The notes: generated from the letters alone by a model not told the origin. A stretch of DNA of 64,000 nt from Terriglobia bacterium (GCA_963695545.1 OY968796.1:1216001-1280000); one strand, 5' to 3'. Shown: positions 41,384 to 52,720, counted from the stretch's first letter. Translations and numbers: made by a program.

Positions 41384-42970
41384 ATGAAAGTTCGCGGTCC
41401 TCGCGTGCCCCTCGCGCTGGTTTTATTTTGCGTCTGCGCGTGGTGTACACCCGCGCCGCTCGCCGCCCAGAGCAAACCGCCCGCGCCGCTTCTGCAGCCC
41501 GAATCTTTCCACCACTACTTCACCGAATTCGCGCAGCAGGAGCGCGAGTTCATGAAGGATCAACCGCCCGACGTCTGGCCCTGGTTCGCCCAGAATATTC
41601 CCTGGCTCGATGTTCCCGACAAAGATCTCGAACAGATCTACTATTTTCGCTGGTACTCGTTTCAAAAACACATTCGCCGCACGCCCGACGGCTACATCAT
41701 CACCGAATTTCTTGACGACGTTCCCTGGGCCGGCAAATTCGACTCAATCGATTGCGCCGCCGAAGACCACCTCCGCGAAGCCCGCTGGCTGCGCGATCCC
41801 GCCTACGCCGATCAATATCTCCACTTTTGGTTTTCGCCCGATGGCGAGCCGCGCCGCTATAGTTTCGCCGCGGCCGACGCCGCCTACTCCGTCTATCTCG
41901 CGCACGGCGACAAAACTCTCGTCACCAGCCTGCTCACCGCACTGATCGGCAATTACGCCGAGTGGGTCGGCACGCATCAGGATCCCAGCGGCCTTTTCTG
42001 GCAGATCGACGATCGCGACGGTATGGAAGATAGCATCGGCGGCAGCGGCTATCGCCCCACGATCAACAGTTATATGTACGGCGACGCCGTCGCCATCTCC
42101 AAAATCGCCGCTCTCAATGGCAACACGGCCATCTCACATCAGTACGCCACGAAAGCCGCCCTGCTTCGCGCCCTCGTCGATCAGCGACTCTGGAATCCGA
42201 AAGACGATTTTTACGAAACCTTGCCGCGCGACCCCGGCGCCAGTTTGGTCGGCGTGCGCGAGCTGATCGGTTATGTTCCCTGGTATTTCGATCTCCCCAG
42301 CCCTGACCGCGACATCGCCTGGAAGCAGCTCAACGATCCGCAAGGTTTCGCCGGCGCCTACGGACCGACCACCGCCGAGCGCCGCAGCCCGCGCTTCCGC
42401 TTCAAGGTTCAGCACGAAGATCTATGGAACGGCCCCTCGTGGCCCTTCGCCACCACGCAAACTCTCGTCGCGCTCGCCAATCTTCTGAACGGCCCTTCGC
42501 AATCCATAATCGGCCCGCAGGATTATCGAAATCTCCTCGCCGCTTACGTTCGCTCGCAACACATCGCGCTGCCCAACGGCCAGAAAATCCCGTGGATCGA
42601 CGAAGACCTCGACGCCGACACCGGCGAATGGATTGCCCGCGATCTTCTCGAAGCCCGCCACCAGCCCCCGCCCAATCGCGGCCGATATTACAACCACTCC
42701 GGCTTCGCCGATCTAGTCGTCACCGGCCTGCTCGGCCTGCGCCCCGCCGACGGCAATACGTTCGTAATCCATCCGCTCGTTTCCGCCAGCCAGTGGCCCT
42801 ATTTCGCCCTAGACGCCCTCCCCTACCACGGTCATCTCCTAACCGTGTTCTACGACAAAACCGGCTCGCGCTATCACCACGGCCCCGGCCTCCACGTCCT
42901 CTGCGACGGCGCCCAAATCGCCTCCGCCCCCACCCTCGCTCCCCTGACCGTCCACTTGCCCGCCAAGTAG
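41384..42970 (+). CDS. Secreted glycoside hydrolase, MGH1/GH63-like (alpha/alpha)6 barrel
   Basis: YYFRW, EARWL, DDRDGME, RPTINSY, RELIGYVPW, WNGPSWP, YNHS. Confidence 0.85.
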   Translation: MKVRGPRVPLALVLFCVCAWCTPAPLAAQSKPPAPLLQPESFHHYFTEFAQQEREFMKDQPPDVWPWFAQNIPWLDVPDKDLEQIYYFRWYSFQKHIRRTPDGYIITEFLDDVPWAGKFDSIDCAAEDHLREARWLRDPAYADQYLHFWFSPDGEPRRYSFAAADAAYSVYLAHGDKTLVTSLLTALIGNYAEWVGTHQDPSGLFWQIDDRDGMEDSIGGSGYRPTINSYMYGDAVAISKIAALNGNTAISHQYATKAALLRALVDQRLWNPKDDFYETLPRDPGASLVGVRELIGYVPWYFDLPSPDRDIAWKQLNDPQGFAGAYGPTTAERRSPRFRFKVQHEDLWNGPSWPFATTQTLVALANLLNGPSQSIIGPQDYRNLLAAYVRSQHIALPNGQKIPWIDEDLDADTGEWIARDLLEARHQPPPNRGRYYNHSGFADLVVTGLLGLRPADGNTFVIHPLVSASQWPYFALDALPYHGHLLTVFYDKTGSRYHHGPGLHVLCDGAQIASAPTLAPLTVHLPAK

Positions 42971-43004
42971 TTCGTTCGCCGAGCAACGCCGTGATCTTGC
43001 TTTT

Positions 43005-43027
43005 GTAGCGGAGGCCTTCAGGCCTCC
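43005..43027 (+). repeat. GTAG-type REP-like palindrome
   Basis: GTAGC-GGAGGCC-TTCA-GGCCTCC; single copy in the window. Confidence 0.5.
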
Positions 43028-43138
43028 ATCTTTCACTTGCAGCGCGAATGGCGACTCGACAGATTCCGCCCGCCTTGTTCCCCGACGCGCCACCCCGCAT
43101 GCTCGCAACCACGGCTCATCCACGGCAGACCATCACGT

Positions 43139-43164
43139 GCTATACTTGTATAGCGCTGTATAGC
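43139..43164 (+). promoter_or_regulatory. TA operator overlapping the -10 element
   Basis: Palindrome GCTATAC-TT-GTATAGC containing TATACT, plus a third GTATAGC half-site. Confidence 0.75.
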
Positions 43165-43173
43165 GAGGTACTC

Positions 43174-43398
43174 ATGCTGGCCATTCGACTTCCACCATCC
43201 ATTGAAAAACGCCTAGAGAAACTCGCCCGCCGCACCGGCCGCACCAAAACCTACTACGTCCGCGAAGCCATCCTCGAACACCTGGCGGACCTCGAAGATA
43301 TGCACCTCGCCGAAGGCGCCCTCGAACGCATCCGCAGCGGCGAAGAACAAACCATCCCTCTGAAAATCGTCATGAAACGCCATGGCATACGCCGTTGA
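43174..43398 (+). CDS. Ribbon-helix-helix antitoxin
   Basis: MLAIRLP..IEKRLEKLARRTGRTKTYYVREAI..HLADLED. Confidence 0.92.
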   Translation: MLAIRLPPSIEKRLEKLARRTGRTKTYYVREAILEHLADLEDMHLAEGALERIRSGEEQTIPLKIVMKRHGIRR

Positions 43399-43670
43399 CT
43401 TGCGTGATTGACGTTGAATTTCCCCCCGCCGCCGACCGCGAACTCGCCAAACTCGACGCCCCTCAAGCCAAGCGCATCCTGAAATTCCTCCACGAGCGCG
43501 TATCCAAGCTCGACGATACCCGCAGCATCGGCGAAGCCCTGCGCGGCTCGCGCCTCGGCGAACTCTGGAAATATCGCGTGGCCCACTTCCGCCTAATCTG
43601 CAAGATCGAAGACCATCGCCTCGTGGTCCTCATCCTCCGCGTAGGACATCGCCGCGAAATCTATCGCTAG
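43395..43670 (+). CDS. RelE/StbE-family toxin
   Basis: A.REL.KLD, GEALRGSRLGELWKYRV, VGHRREIYR; 4-bp overlap with the antitoxin. Confidence 0.92.
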   Translation: MTCVIDVEFPPAADRELAKLDAPQAKRILKFLHERVSKLDDTRSIGEALRGSRLGELWKYRVAHFRLICKIEDHRLVVLILRVGHRREIYR

Positions 43671-43701
43671 CGCCAGCGAAACGCGCCGATCAACCCACTC
43701 G

Positions 43702-44115
43702 CTAACGCCGAGCCGCCTTCTTCGGCCTTCCTCCCAATTTCCCATTCGATCTGGAAGCCGCTCGCTTCGCCCTGCTCCTGGATTGCCCGCCGATTTGACC
43801 AAGTCTGGCGGCCATCCACTTCTTCGAGCCAAGAAATCCCTCCAGCAATCCCAGCACGTGCAGGTCGGCGTCCAACTTCGGGAAATGGATTCCAAAGCCC
43901 GAAGGAGTGATTTCAATCTCCTCGAGCGCAGACGGCGTGGCGTGTTCCAAACCCTGCGCGTCGCGCGGCGAAAAACTCAGGATCAGCCTCGAGCTCAGAT
44001 GGATCACAATGCGCCCGCTCTTGCGGTCGTAACGCGCCGAGACCGCTCTCGGAAGGCCCTCCTGCATTTCCCTGGCCCGTTGATTCGCCATTTCAAAATT
44101 GTCATGCACCGCCAT
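43702..44115 (-). CDS. DUF2442-family putative antitoxin
   Basis: LEEIEITPSGFGIHFPKLDADL; basic tail NGKLGGRPKK. Confidence 0.85.
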   Translation of the reverse strand: MAVHDNFEMANQRAREMQEGLPRAVSARYDRKSGRIVIHLSSRLILSFSPRDAQGLEHATPSALEEIEITPSGFGIHFPKLDADLHVLGLLEGFLGSKKWMAARLGQIGGQSRSRAKRAASRSNGKLGGRPKKAARR

Positions 44116-44350
44116 GAATTTCCTCCCATGCCCGGCAGAGATATTCCACATGCTCCGTCAAAACTCTTTGGATGCGCGCAACTTCTCGCCTTGAAAATCG
44201 CCAGTTCTCGCGAATCTCCACTGCTCCATCCCGGCGGTTCAAGCGGAACACCGCTTCTCGCCCAGGCCCGATCACATGGACATGCGCCGGCCGATGATCG
44301 TTTGGATAGATCACCACCCGCAGTCCATCAAATCTAAGGACCGTCGGCAT
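44102..44350 (-). CDS. DUF4160-family putative toxin
   Basis: MPTVLRFDGLRVVIYPNDHRPAHVHV...WEEIHG. Confidence 0.9.
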   Translation of the reverse strand: MPTVLRFDGLRVVIYPNDHRPAHVHVIGPGREAVFRLNRRDGAVEIRENWRFSRREVARIQRVLTEHVEYLCRAWEEIHGGA

Positions 44351-44583
44351 CGCGTCATTTTAGCATAAACCCAATCGCTCAGGTTATCGGATAAGCAACC
44401 GACCCGACGACGGGAAAAATCGCTCGACGAGCGGCCCTGCGAGTCCCAACTCGATCGGGCCGGGTGGCACAGCGCCCTACACGCGGGCCGCCCGTCCTTC
44501 GCGGAACGCAAGAGGATGGGTAGTTTCGTCCTTCGGGATTGCCTCTCCAGCTTGTCTCATTTCGAATGAATTTCCACAACCTA

Positions 44584-45001
44584 TTCGAATAACCCACACG
44601 TTATTATTGACACGTACGCCATAAATGTGCTATGCTTTTGCATGACTCGCGAATACACAACCTCGCTTACTCCGCCGTTCGCTGGCGAGCCGCGGAACCT
44701 GCCCTCCGCGCGCCCCGCACGACCGGGCGTTCCGGCCGTAGGAGCACAATTTCCCTCCGCCCGTCCTGCTCGCCCTACCAAATATCATCGATACAATCCG
44801 ATCGAGTCGCATTCATCTCAACAAGAGTGCCTTCACAACCCTTTTATTTTCAAGTCACTACAAAACAGTGTGTATGTTGTTGAAGATAAACACGCGCAAG
44901 TCTATTGTCTTCAATCTCTTGCGCACTCTTTGTCACTCTTTTCCTGGAAGTCTTTTAGTTACCATGTCTTACGCAAAACATACCCGGGGGGTGGGGGGGG
45001 T
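44584..45001 (+). repeat. Promoter-bearing non-coding element, copy B
   Basis: TTCGAATAACC, TTGACA-N18-TATGCT, AT-rich internal repeats, TTTCCTGGAAGTC...TACCCGGGGGGTGGGGGGGGT. Confidence 0.75.
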
Positions 45002-45037
45002 ATCTCAGAGTCACCGAGGCGGACCGGTTGGAGCCGC

Positions 45038-46240
45038 TCACAAACCGTTCAACGAGTCTTTCAGCAGGCGCACGCCCTGCTCAAACGCGACCGTCGGCGC
45101 AATCAGGCTGAGCACCAGAAAACCGTCGGACGCGAAATTGTAGAAGGTGCCGGGATGAACCAGAACCGAAGACCGTTCGAGCAGCGACACCGCGAGCGAT
45201 TCATCCAACGCAACGTGCGCCGAGCGCGTCGCTCTCGGCACGCGCAGCACGGCGTACCATCCGCCTTCACGTTCGAGGCGCGTCGCCGCGTCGCATCCCG
45301 CGAGCGCGGCGTCGAGGAACCCGAGATTCGCCGCGATGCGTTCCTGCAATTGCGATTGCATCGCGCCGCGCAGCGCCAAAAATTCCGGCGCGGCAAGTTG
45401 GATCGGCGTGCTCGGCGAAAGATATGTGTCCGCGATCACGTCGAGCCGTTCGACCGCCGTGCGCGCCGCCAGCTCCGGCCCGCTCGTCACGATCCACGCG
45501 AGCTTCATCTGCGGCAGCGCCGAAATTTTGGAAAGCCCGCTCAGCGTGAACGTCAGTGCGCTCGAAGCGAACGCGAAGGAAGCGCTGGCGTTGGGCGCGT
45601 CGCCATAATCGAGAAACACTTCATCCGCCACGATGGCCATTTCGCGCGCGGCGCAAATCTCGGCAAGTTCCGCGGCTTCGCGCGGCTTCACGAACGAGCC
45701 GGTGGGATTGTTCGGATGCACCACCACGACCGCTCGCGATCGCGGCGCAATCGCTGCGCGCAGACCAGCGAGATCCATTTGCCAGCCGTGGTCGTAGAAC
45801 AAGCGATACGGCACCAAGCGAACGTCCGCGAGGTCGGCCAGAAATTCGAGCAGCGGATACCTCGGCGCCGGCACCAGAATTTCGTCGCCCGCTTCGCACA
45901 GCAGCCGAAACACGTGCGTGTAAGCTTCGCTCGTTCCGGAAGTCAGCACGATCCGCTCGGGATCGACGTGCCCCGCGTTCTGCGCGAAGCCGCGCCGATC
46001 GCGGTAATACTCCGCGACGGCCGCACGCGCGGAAAGCAGTCCTTTGCTTTCGGGGTGGTATTCAAGCGCGCGCGGGTTGCGCAGCGCATCCAGAATTTCG
46101 CGCTCGGGATACGCGAAGCCGTACGTCGTCGGATTCGACGCCGTCAAATCGATCAGCGGCTTGCCGCTGCGTCGATGCGCATCAAGCGCGCGCGCCAAAA
46201 GATTCGGTTCAAGCGGCCAATTTGTGCGCTTCGCAAACAT
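45038..46240 (-). CDS. PLP-dependent aminotransferase, class I/II
   Basis: DLTASNPT, PNNPTG, VADEVF, SGLSK. Confidence 0.93.
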   Translation of the reverse strand: MFAKRTNWPLEPNLLARALDAHRRSGKPLIDLTASNPTTYGFAYPEREILDALRNPRALEYHPESKGLLSARAAVAEYYRDRRGFAQNAGHVDPERIVLTSGTSEAYTHVFRLLCEAGDEILVPAPRYPLLEFLADLADVRLVPYRLFYDHGWQMDLAGLRAAIAPRSRAVVVVHPNNPTGSFVKPREAAELAEICAAREMAIVADEVFLDYGDAPNASASFAFASSALTFTLSGLSKISALPQMKLAWIVTSGPELAARTAVERLDVIADTYLSPSTPIQLAAPEFLALRGAMQSQLQERIAANLGFLDAALAGCDAATRLEREGGWYAVLRVPRATRSAHVALDESLAVSLLERSSVLVHPGTFYNFASDGFLVLSLIAPTVAFEQGVRLLKDSLNGL

Positions 46241-46357
46241 GGAATTCGCAGCGAAATTCGTCAAGGGAGTTATAGCACGCCGCGAACGGCGGTTTTCTTC
46301 GGGCCGTGCTTCTGCACGACGCTCAAGGCGCCGCAAAAGGAGATCTCTAAAGCAAAC

Positions 46358-47094
<737 letters not shown>

Positions 47095-47098
<4 letters not shown>

Positions 47099-48519
47099 CT
47101 TTGGTCCGAATCGGCCACAACCTTCGGCGCGGAGTTGTCCACCTTGATCGGCGAGTCGGGTTTGAGAGTGCGCAGAGCTTTGTAACTGCCGGTGATGATC
47201 TGATCGCCGGCGTCGAGTCCGGAGAGCACTTCGATGTCGCTAACGCCGGAAATTCCGGTCTGCACCGGCACAAAAACCGCTTTCTTGTTGCGCACCACGA
47301 AAACGCCCTGGATCTCGCGCTTCGCCGGATCCGTTATCGTCGGATCTCCGCCGTCGGCCGGTGGCGCGCTGGCCGCGAGCGCGACTTCCTGGTCGCTCGC
47401 CCCGGCTTTCTTTTCGGCGTCTTGCAGATCTTTCTGCGTGCGGATGGCCAACGCTTGAATCGGAATCGCCAGAATGTCTTTCTTCTCCGCCGTGGTGATT
47501 TTGGCGGTGGCCGAAAGTCCGGGCCGCAGACCGGGCGGAGGATTGTCGAGCGTGACGACGACTTTGAAATCTTTCGCTTCCTGATTGCTCGTCGTCGATT
47601 GCGTGCTCGTCAACCCCGATGTGCGCAGCACGGCTTGCGTGCCCACTTGCGTTACGTGGCCGGGAAAAATCTTGTCGGGAATCGCGTCAATGGTCACTTT
47701 CGCGGCTTGCCCCGGACGCACGTTAATGATGTCGGTCTCGTCGACCATCACTTCGCTTGTGACCACGGACATATCCGAGATGGTCATCAGGAAGCTGCCG
47801 GTGGAGTTCTGGATGCCGGGGACAACGCCTTCGCCGACTCGCACGGCGATATAGGTCACCACGCCGTCGATCGGCGCGAGGTACGTCGTCTTATTCAGCA
47901 CGTCGCGGGTGTGCGTCAGAACGTCCTGCGATTGCGCCAGCGTATACTTCGCTTCCTGAAGCTGCGCGCGCACCTGTTGCGCTTGCGCTTTGCTCGAGGC
48001 CAGAGCCGCCACCGCCGTGTCGTAAGCCGATTGGGTGGTGTCGAAATCCTGCTTGGCGATCAGGCCTTGCTGGAAAAGTTGCTTGCCGCGCTCTTCGTCG
48101 GCCGCGGCCTTCTTGTAGGCGGCCGTGCTCTGTTGCACGTTGTCTTGCGCAGCCTGGTCGCTCGCAGCGGCCGCGGCCACGGCAGATTGTGCGGCTTGGA
48201 TGCCGGCCTCGCCCGCATCGACGTCGGCCCGCGGCTGGATGGCGTCCACTTTCACCAGCATTTGACCCTTTTTGACGTGGTCGCCTTCTTTGACCAGGAT
48301 GTCGGTGATCAGGCCCGTGCCTTGACCGAGGACGTTGGTGTAATTGAGCGCGGAGATATCTCCGGACGCGGTGACGATGGAATCAAGATCCTCGTGCGCC
48401 ACTACGGATGTCTGCACGGTAACGACGTTCTTGTTGGCCTGCTGAACGCTAATTGCTACTACGATGGCGGCCAGCAGGACGGCGCCGACCCCGATCCCGA
48501 TCTTTTGCCACTTTTTCAT
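47095..48519 (-). CDS. Periplasmic adaptor, MacA/HlyD-like
   Basis: N-terminal TM helix, [11 protein letters not shown], helical hairpin, APIDGVV, LRPGLSA. Confidence 0.93.
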
Positions 48520-49047
48520 GATACGCAGATGCTCGTTTCTCCGACGTCTTCGGCGGACGCCTGTCTGAGATAGACGTCCCGACCCGGCAAAATGTCTCGC
48601 ACCCCTACTACGCGCCTGAGCCCTAAATTGTTTCGTCGGGCCGAGGGATTTCCTGCTCGGAGACCGCGTTTCGGACGTGGGACGCAACCACGCGATCGGC
48701 CCTGGTCCTACACCGCAAGATCTTTCCGGCTTAGTGGACGCGGGCGCTGCAACAGGTAGAGGGCAGCCCCAAGCATCACACATTCTATTGCGTTTCGACG
48801 GGGAAGGAAAGCGCGCCTTGGCCGCGTATCGGGATTTTCGGGGAGCAGATCCGGATGGAATCAACGAAGGATTCACAGGGTGCCGGGGGTGAAACAGAAC
48901 GGGAGTCTGAAGCAACCTTTTGACCCCGCGGGGAGTCTGTATCCAAGGGGATGTGCCACTTCCAGGCGTGGGTTTCCGAGCCAAATTGGAGCCGGTCTTC
49001 CCCTGTTGAAAACTTGTTTAAGAAGCTGTTAACAGGAAACTTGTTGA

Positions 49048-49077
49048 TTGACGCATCCCATCTTAGGGGGCTAAAAT
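49048..49077 (+). promoter_or_regulatory. Sigma70-type promoter
   Basis: TTGACG-N18-TAAAAT about 30 bp before the GWxTD gene. Confidence 0.55.
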
Positions 49078-49109
49078 CCAGCCCGTCCGTTTGAAAACGG
49101 GATAGAGGT

Positions 49110-50849
49110 GTGACTATGGGCCGATTACGTCGTTTTGCACTCCCAATTCTGATCCTGTCCGGCGGATTACTCTTTATACTTCCTACTTCTCACGCGCAAA
49201 ATACGGACTCTCAAGACAATACTTCAAGTCAGCCGAGCGATAAAGACAACAAGCAGCAGCCCACCGAGCTTCAACAGCAACAGCAGCAAAGTCTGCACAA
49301 GCTGGAGAAAGAACTTCCGACTCCTTATAGACAGTGGCTGAACGAGGACGTGGTCTACATCATCACCGCCGACGAGCGGTCCACGTTCCTGCGCCTGCAG
49401 ACCAACGAGGAGCGCGAGCAATTTATCGAGCAATTCTGGCTGCGGCGCGATCCGACACCGGACACGCCGGAGAATGAATTCAAAGAGGAGCACTACCGCC
49501 GAATCGCCTATGCAAACGAGCACTACGCTTCGGGAATTCCCGGATGGAAGACCGATCGCGGCAGGATCTACATCATCTGGGGAGCCCCCGACGAAATCGA
49601 ATCGCACCCGACCGGCGGCACCTACGACCGGCCCGAGGAAGAAGGCGGCGGCACGACCTCGACGTATCCGTTCGAGCAGTGGACTTACCGGCACATGGAC
49701 GGCATCGGGGAAAACGTGATGCTGGAATTCGTGGATACCACGATGACCGGCGAATACCACCTGACCTCCGATCCCGGCGAGAAAGACGCGCTGGCCCACG
49801 TGCCTGACGCAGGGTTGAGCGAACTCGAAGAGGAAGGTTTGTCGAGCAAAGCCGACCGCTTCACGCGCACAGACGGTTCGACGGCGCCGTTGCCGATCGG
49901 CGCGGAACCCGAGAGCGACGAAGAATTCACGCGAATCGAGCGCTTTGCGAACGTGATGGCGCCGCCGCCGGTGAAATTCACGGACCTCGAGGAAGTGGTC
50001 ACCTCGCGCATCGTGCGCAACGAAATCAAGTTCGATTATCGCTTCGATTTTATGCGCATCACGAACGACACCGTTCTGGTGCCCATCACCGTGGAGATTC
50101 CGAACCGGCAACTGAGCTTCCAGGAAAAAGACGGCGTGCACACAGCGACGCTCAACCTGTTCGCGCGCATCACCACGCTCACGGACCGGCCGGTGCAAAC
50201 GTTCGAGGACGTGATCCGCCGCGACTTCGTGGACTCGCTTCTCGAGCAATCGCTGAACGGCGATTCGATTTACTCCAAGGCCGTACCGCTGACCCCGGGC
50301 TTGTATCGCCTGGATATCGTGATCAAGGACGTGAACAGCAACAACGTGGGCGTGGTCAACGCGCGCTTGGCGGTGCCGGCGTATGACGATGAGACGCTGG
50401 GCGCGAGTACTCTAATTCTGGCGGACCAGATGGCCCCGGTAGCCTCGAATCAGATCGGCACAGGCCAATTCGTGATCGGCGACACCAAGGTTCGGCCCAA
50501 GCTCAATCAATCGTTCACTTCCGACCAACCGCTTGGCGTGTATCTGCAACTCTACAATTTCAAAGTGGACGACAAAACGCATAAGAACAACGCCACGATC
50601 TCGCTCAGCCTCACCAAGAATGGCCAGTCCGTGTCAAACGTGGTGAAGACCGGCGCGGACCTCCACCAGAACGGCACGCAGATAACCGTGCAGGACGTGA
50701 TGGGATTGAGCGCGCTATCGCCCGGCGTGTACCACCTGGAGATCCAGGCGACCGACGGGATCAGCAAGCAGAGCGTCACGCGCACAGCGGATTTTACGGT
50801 CACGCCGCCAGCGGCAACGGCCGCGGCACAGTTGACACCCGGGAGGTAA
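49110..50849 (+). CDS. GWxTD domain-containing secreted protein
   Basis: WLNEDVVYII, FWLRRDPTPDTPENEFKEEHYRRIAYAN, PGWKTDRGRIYI. Confidence 0.95.
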   Translation: MTMGRLRRFALPILILSGGLLFILPTSHAQNTDSQDNTSSQPSDKDNKQQPTELQQQQQQSLHKLEKELPTPYRQWLNEDVVYIITADERSTFLRLQTNEEREQFIEQFWLRRDPTPDTPENEFKEEHYRRIAYANEHYASGIPGWKTDRGRIYIIWGAPDEIESHPTGGTYDRPEEEGGGTTSTYPFEQWTYRHMDGIGENVMLEFVDTTMTGEYHLTSDPGEKDALAHVPDAGLSELEEEGLSSKADRFTRTDGSTAPLPIGAEPESDEEFTRIERFANVMAPPPVKFTDLEEVVTSRIVRNEIKFDYRFDFMRITNDTVLVPITVEIPNRQLSFQEKDGVHTATLNLFARITTLTDRPVQTFEDVIRRDFVDSLLEQSLNGDSIYSKAVPLTPGLYRLDIVIKDVNSNNVGVVNARLAVPAYDDETLGASTLILADQMAPVASNQIGTGQFVIGDTKVRPKLNQSFTSDQPLGVYLQLYNFKVDDKTHKNNATISLSLTKNGQSVSNVVKTGADLHQNGTQITVQDVMGLSALSPGVYHLEIQATDGISKQSVTRTADFTVTPPAATAAAQLTPGR

Positions 50850-50856
50850 ACGGGAC

Positions 50857-52575
50857 GTGCAGGCTCGAATCCACCGGGCCCTGGGATCGCTGATCGCGGT
50901 GGTAGTGCTTTGCCTGTGCGGAGTTCCGGCGCAGGCTCGCACCGGCGAGGGGCGCCTGACCGGGATCGTGCTGGACCCTTCGGGAATTCCCCAGTTGGGC
51001 GCAACGGTGTGGATTGCCGCCGAGGATGCAGGCGATCAGGGCGTCGCGCAACTTCTAACCAACCAACGCGGCTTTTTTTCAAGCGCAGAGATGCGGCCGG
51101 GCCTGTACTCGGTGCGCGTATCACTGGTGGGCTTCCTGCCGGCGCTTGAGCGCCATGTGCGCATCACCCCAAATCTGACAACGCTGGTAAAAATCGAGCT
51201 CGGCACGGTCTTCGATACATTGGATAGCTTGCGCCGCGCTCCCGCCGTGCCCACGGATTCCGACGATTGGAAGTGGGTGCTGCGGACTTCGTCCGCGACG
51301 CGCCCCGTTCTCCAGTGGCAGGACGCTCCACTCGTGGTTGTCGGCCCAGAATCTGGTCGCCGAGGGCACTCCTCCGAAATATTGGTCGACATGACCAGCG
51401 GCTCGATGCACCCCGGATCACCGTCGAATGAGGGCAACGCGCCGGGTACGGGCGTCTCCTACGAAGTTCCGCTGGGTCCCGGTGGGAAACTGCTGGTGGC
51501 CGGCCAAATGAATTACGACGGCAGTACGGCCGGAGGTTTGGCCACGATCTGGCTGCCCTCGGGCAATATCGACACGGGCCCGGTGACGACGCTGGTGATT
51601 CGAGAATCGGCGCCCGGTTCGGACGGCGTGAGCTTCTACGGGATGCGCCTGGCTCATTCTGAACGACTCAACTTCGGAAACAACATTCACGCAACGGTAG
51701 GCGCGGAATACGTCTCTGAGGGTCTGGCTGGCTCGCGTCACTCGTCCATCCTGCCGAGCGCGGAAGTCGATGCGAAGCTCTCGGACGTCTATACACTCAC
51801 CGCGTTGCTCTCGACCGATTCTCCCGCGAGCGATCCTTTCGATGCGGACGCGCTTCGCTCGGTGCTCGACGCAATGGACAGTTTGCCGGTCGTGCTGTTC
51901 AATGACGGCCGATCGGTTCTCGACGAGAACTTGCATGCGGAGCTGCGACTGGCGAGGCGTCTGGGCAATCGCTCGAGTGTCGAGGCCGCCGTATTCCACG
52001 ACAACGATCCGCATCAGGCGGTGTTCGGAATTGGCTCGGCGCCCGTCGCCGACGCCGTGCAGGATCCTTTCTCGAACGCGTTCGTCTACGACGGCGGTCG
52101 CCTGAGCGCATGGGGCGCCCGCGGCGTTTATCACATCAAGGTCTTCGACGACTTGGACATCGCGGCAGTGTACGCCTTGGGCGGCGCGCTGGCGCCAAAC
52201 GGTGGCGCATCCGGATCGAGCGACGATTTGCGGCAAGAGTTCGTCGAGCGTTACCGCCAATGCCTGGGCGCGCGCGTCTCGAGCAAAGTGCCGCGCCTGG
52301 GAACGCAGGTGGCGGCAAGTTACAAATGGATTATCGGAAATACGCTGACTTCGGTCGACGAATCCGGCGATGTGACCTACCAGATGGACCCCAACCTCAG
52401 CCTTTCGATCCGCCAGCCGTTGCCGGGATTTCTGATGAATCGTCATTGGGAGGCGGTGGCGGATTTCGGCAACTTGCTCGCCCAGGGCTACATCCCCGTC
52501 ACGAACCAGGACGGCCAAGTTTTGCTGATGCCAGTGGTACGGTCCTTCCGGGGTGGATTGAGCTTCGAGTTCTGA
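50857..52575 (+). CDS. Carboxypeptidase-regulatory-like domain fused to an outer-membrane barrel
   Basis: Signal peptide, GIVLDPSGIPQLGATV, PGLYSVRV, C-terminal RGGLSFEF. Confidence 0.8.
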   Translation: MQARIHRALGSLIAVVVLCLCGVPAQARTGEGRLTGIVLDPSGIPQLGATVWIAAEDAGDQGVAQLLTNQRGFFSSAEMRPGLYSVRVSLVGFLPALERHVRITPNLTTLVKIELGTVFDTLDSLRRAPAVPTDSDDWKWVLRTSSATRPVLQWQDAPLVVVGPESGRRGHSSEILVDMTSGSMHPGSPSNEGNAPGTGVSYEVPLGPGGKLLVAGQMNYDGSTAGGLATIWLPSGNIDTGPVTTLVIRESAPGSDGVSFYGMRLAHSERLNFGNNIHATVGAEYVSEGLAGSRHSSILPSAEVDAKLSDVYTLTALLSTDSPASDPFDADALRSVLDAMDSLPVVLFNDGRSVLDENLHAELRLARRLGNRSSVEAAVFHDNDPHQAVFGIGSAPVADAVQDPFSNAFVYDGGRLSAWGARGVYHIKVFDDLDIAAVYALGGALAPNGGASGSSDDLRQEFVERYRQCLGARVSSKVPRLGTQVAASYKWIIGNTLTSVDESGDVTYQMDPNLSLSIRQPLPGFLMNRHWEAVADFGNLLAQGYIPVTNQDGQVLLMPVVRSFRGGLSFEF

Positions 52576-52704
52576 AGGTAAACGACTTACCGAAATTGGA
52601 ATCACGCCTTCTATAAACAGAAGCCTCACCTCATGTGCCCGTGCGAATTCAGTCTAATGTCTTAGTGTTCCTATACTTACGTGCTGATTGGAATTCATAG
52701 TTTG

Positions 52705-52720
52705 TGGTATCTGAGTTGCT
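52705..52720 (+). promoter_or_regulatory. Candidate sigma54 -24/-12 promoter
   Basis: TGGTAT-N5-TTGCT (GG-N10-GC) upstream of a kinase and sigma54 activator pair. Confidence 0.45.

Noticed and set aside
44836..44972. CRISPR array
   Set aside because: Units are too divergent and irregularly spaced, and there are no cas genes in the window
52652..52682. AT-rich dyad resembling the units of the two-copy element
   Set aside because: Single weak match without the 5' promoter block or G-tract
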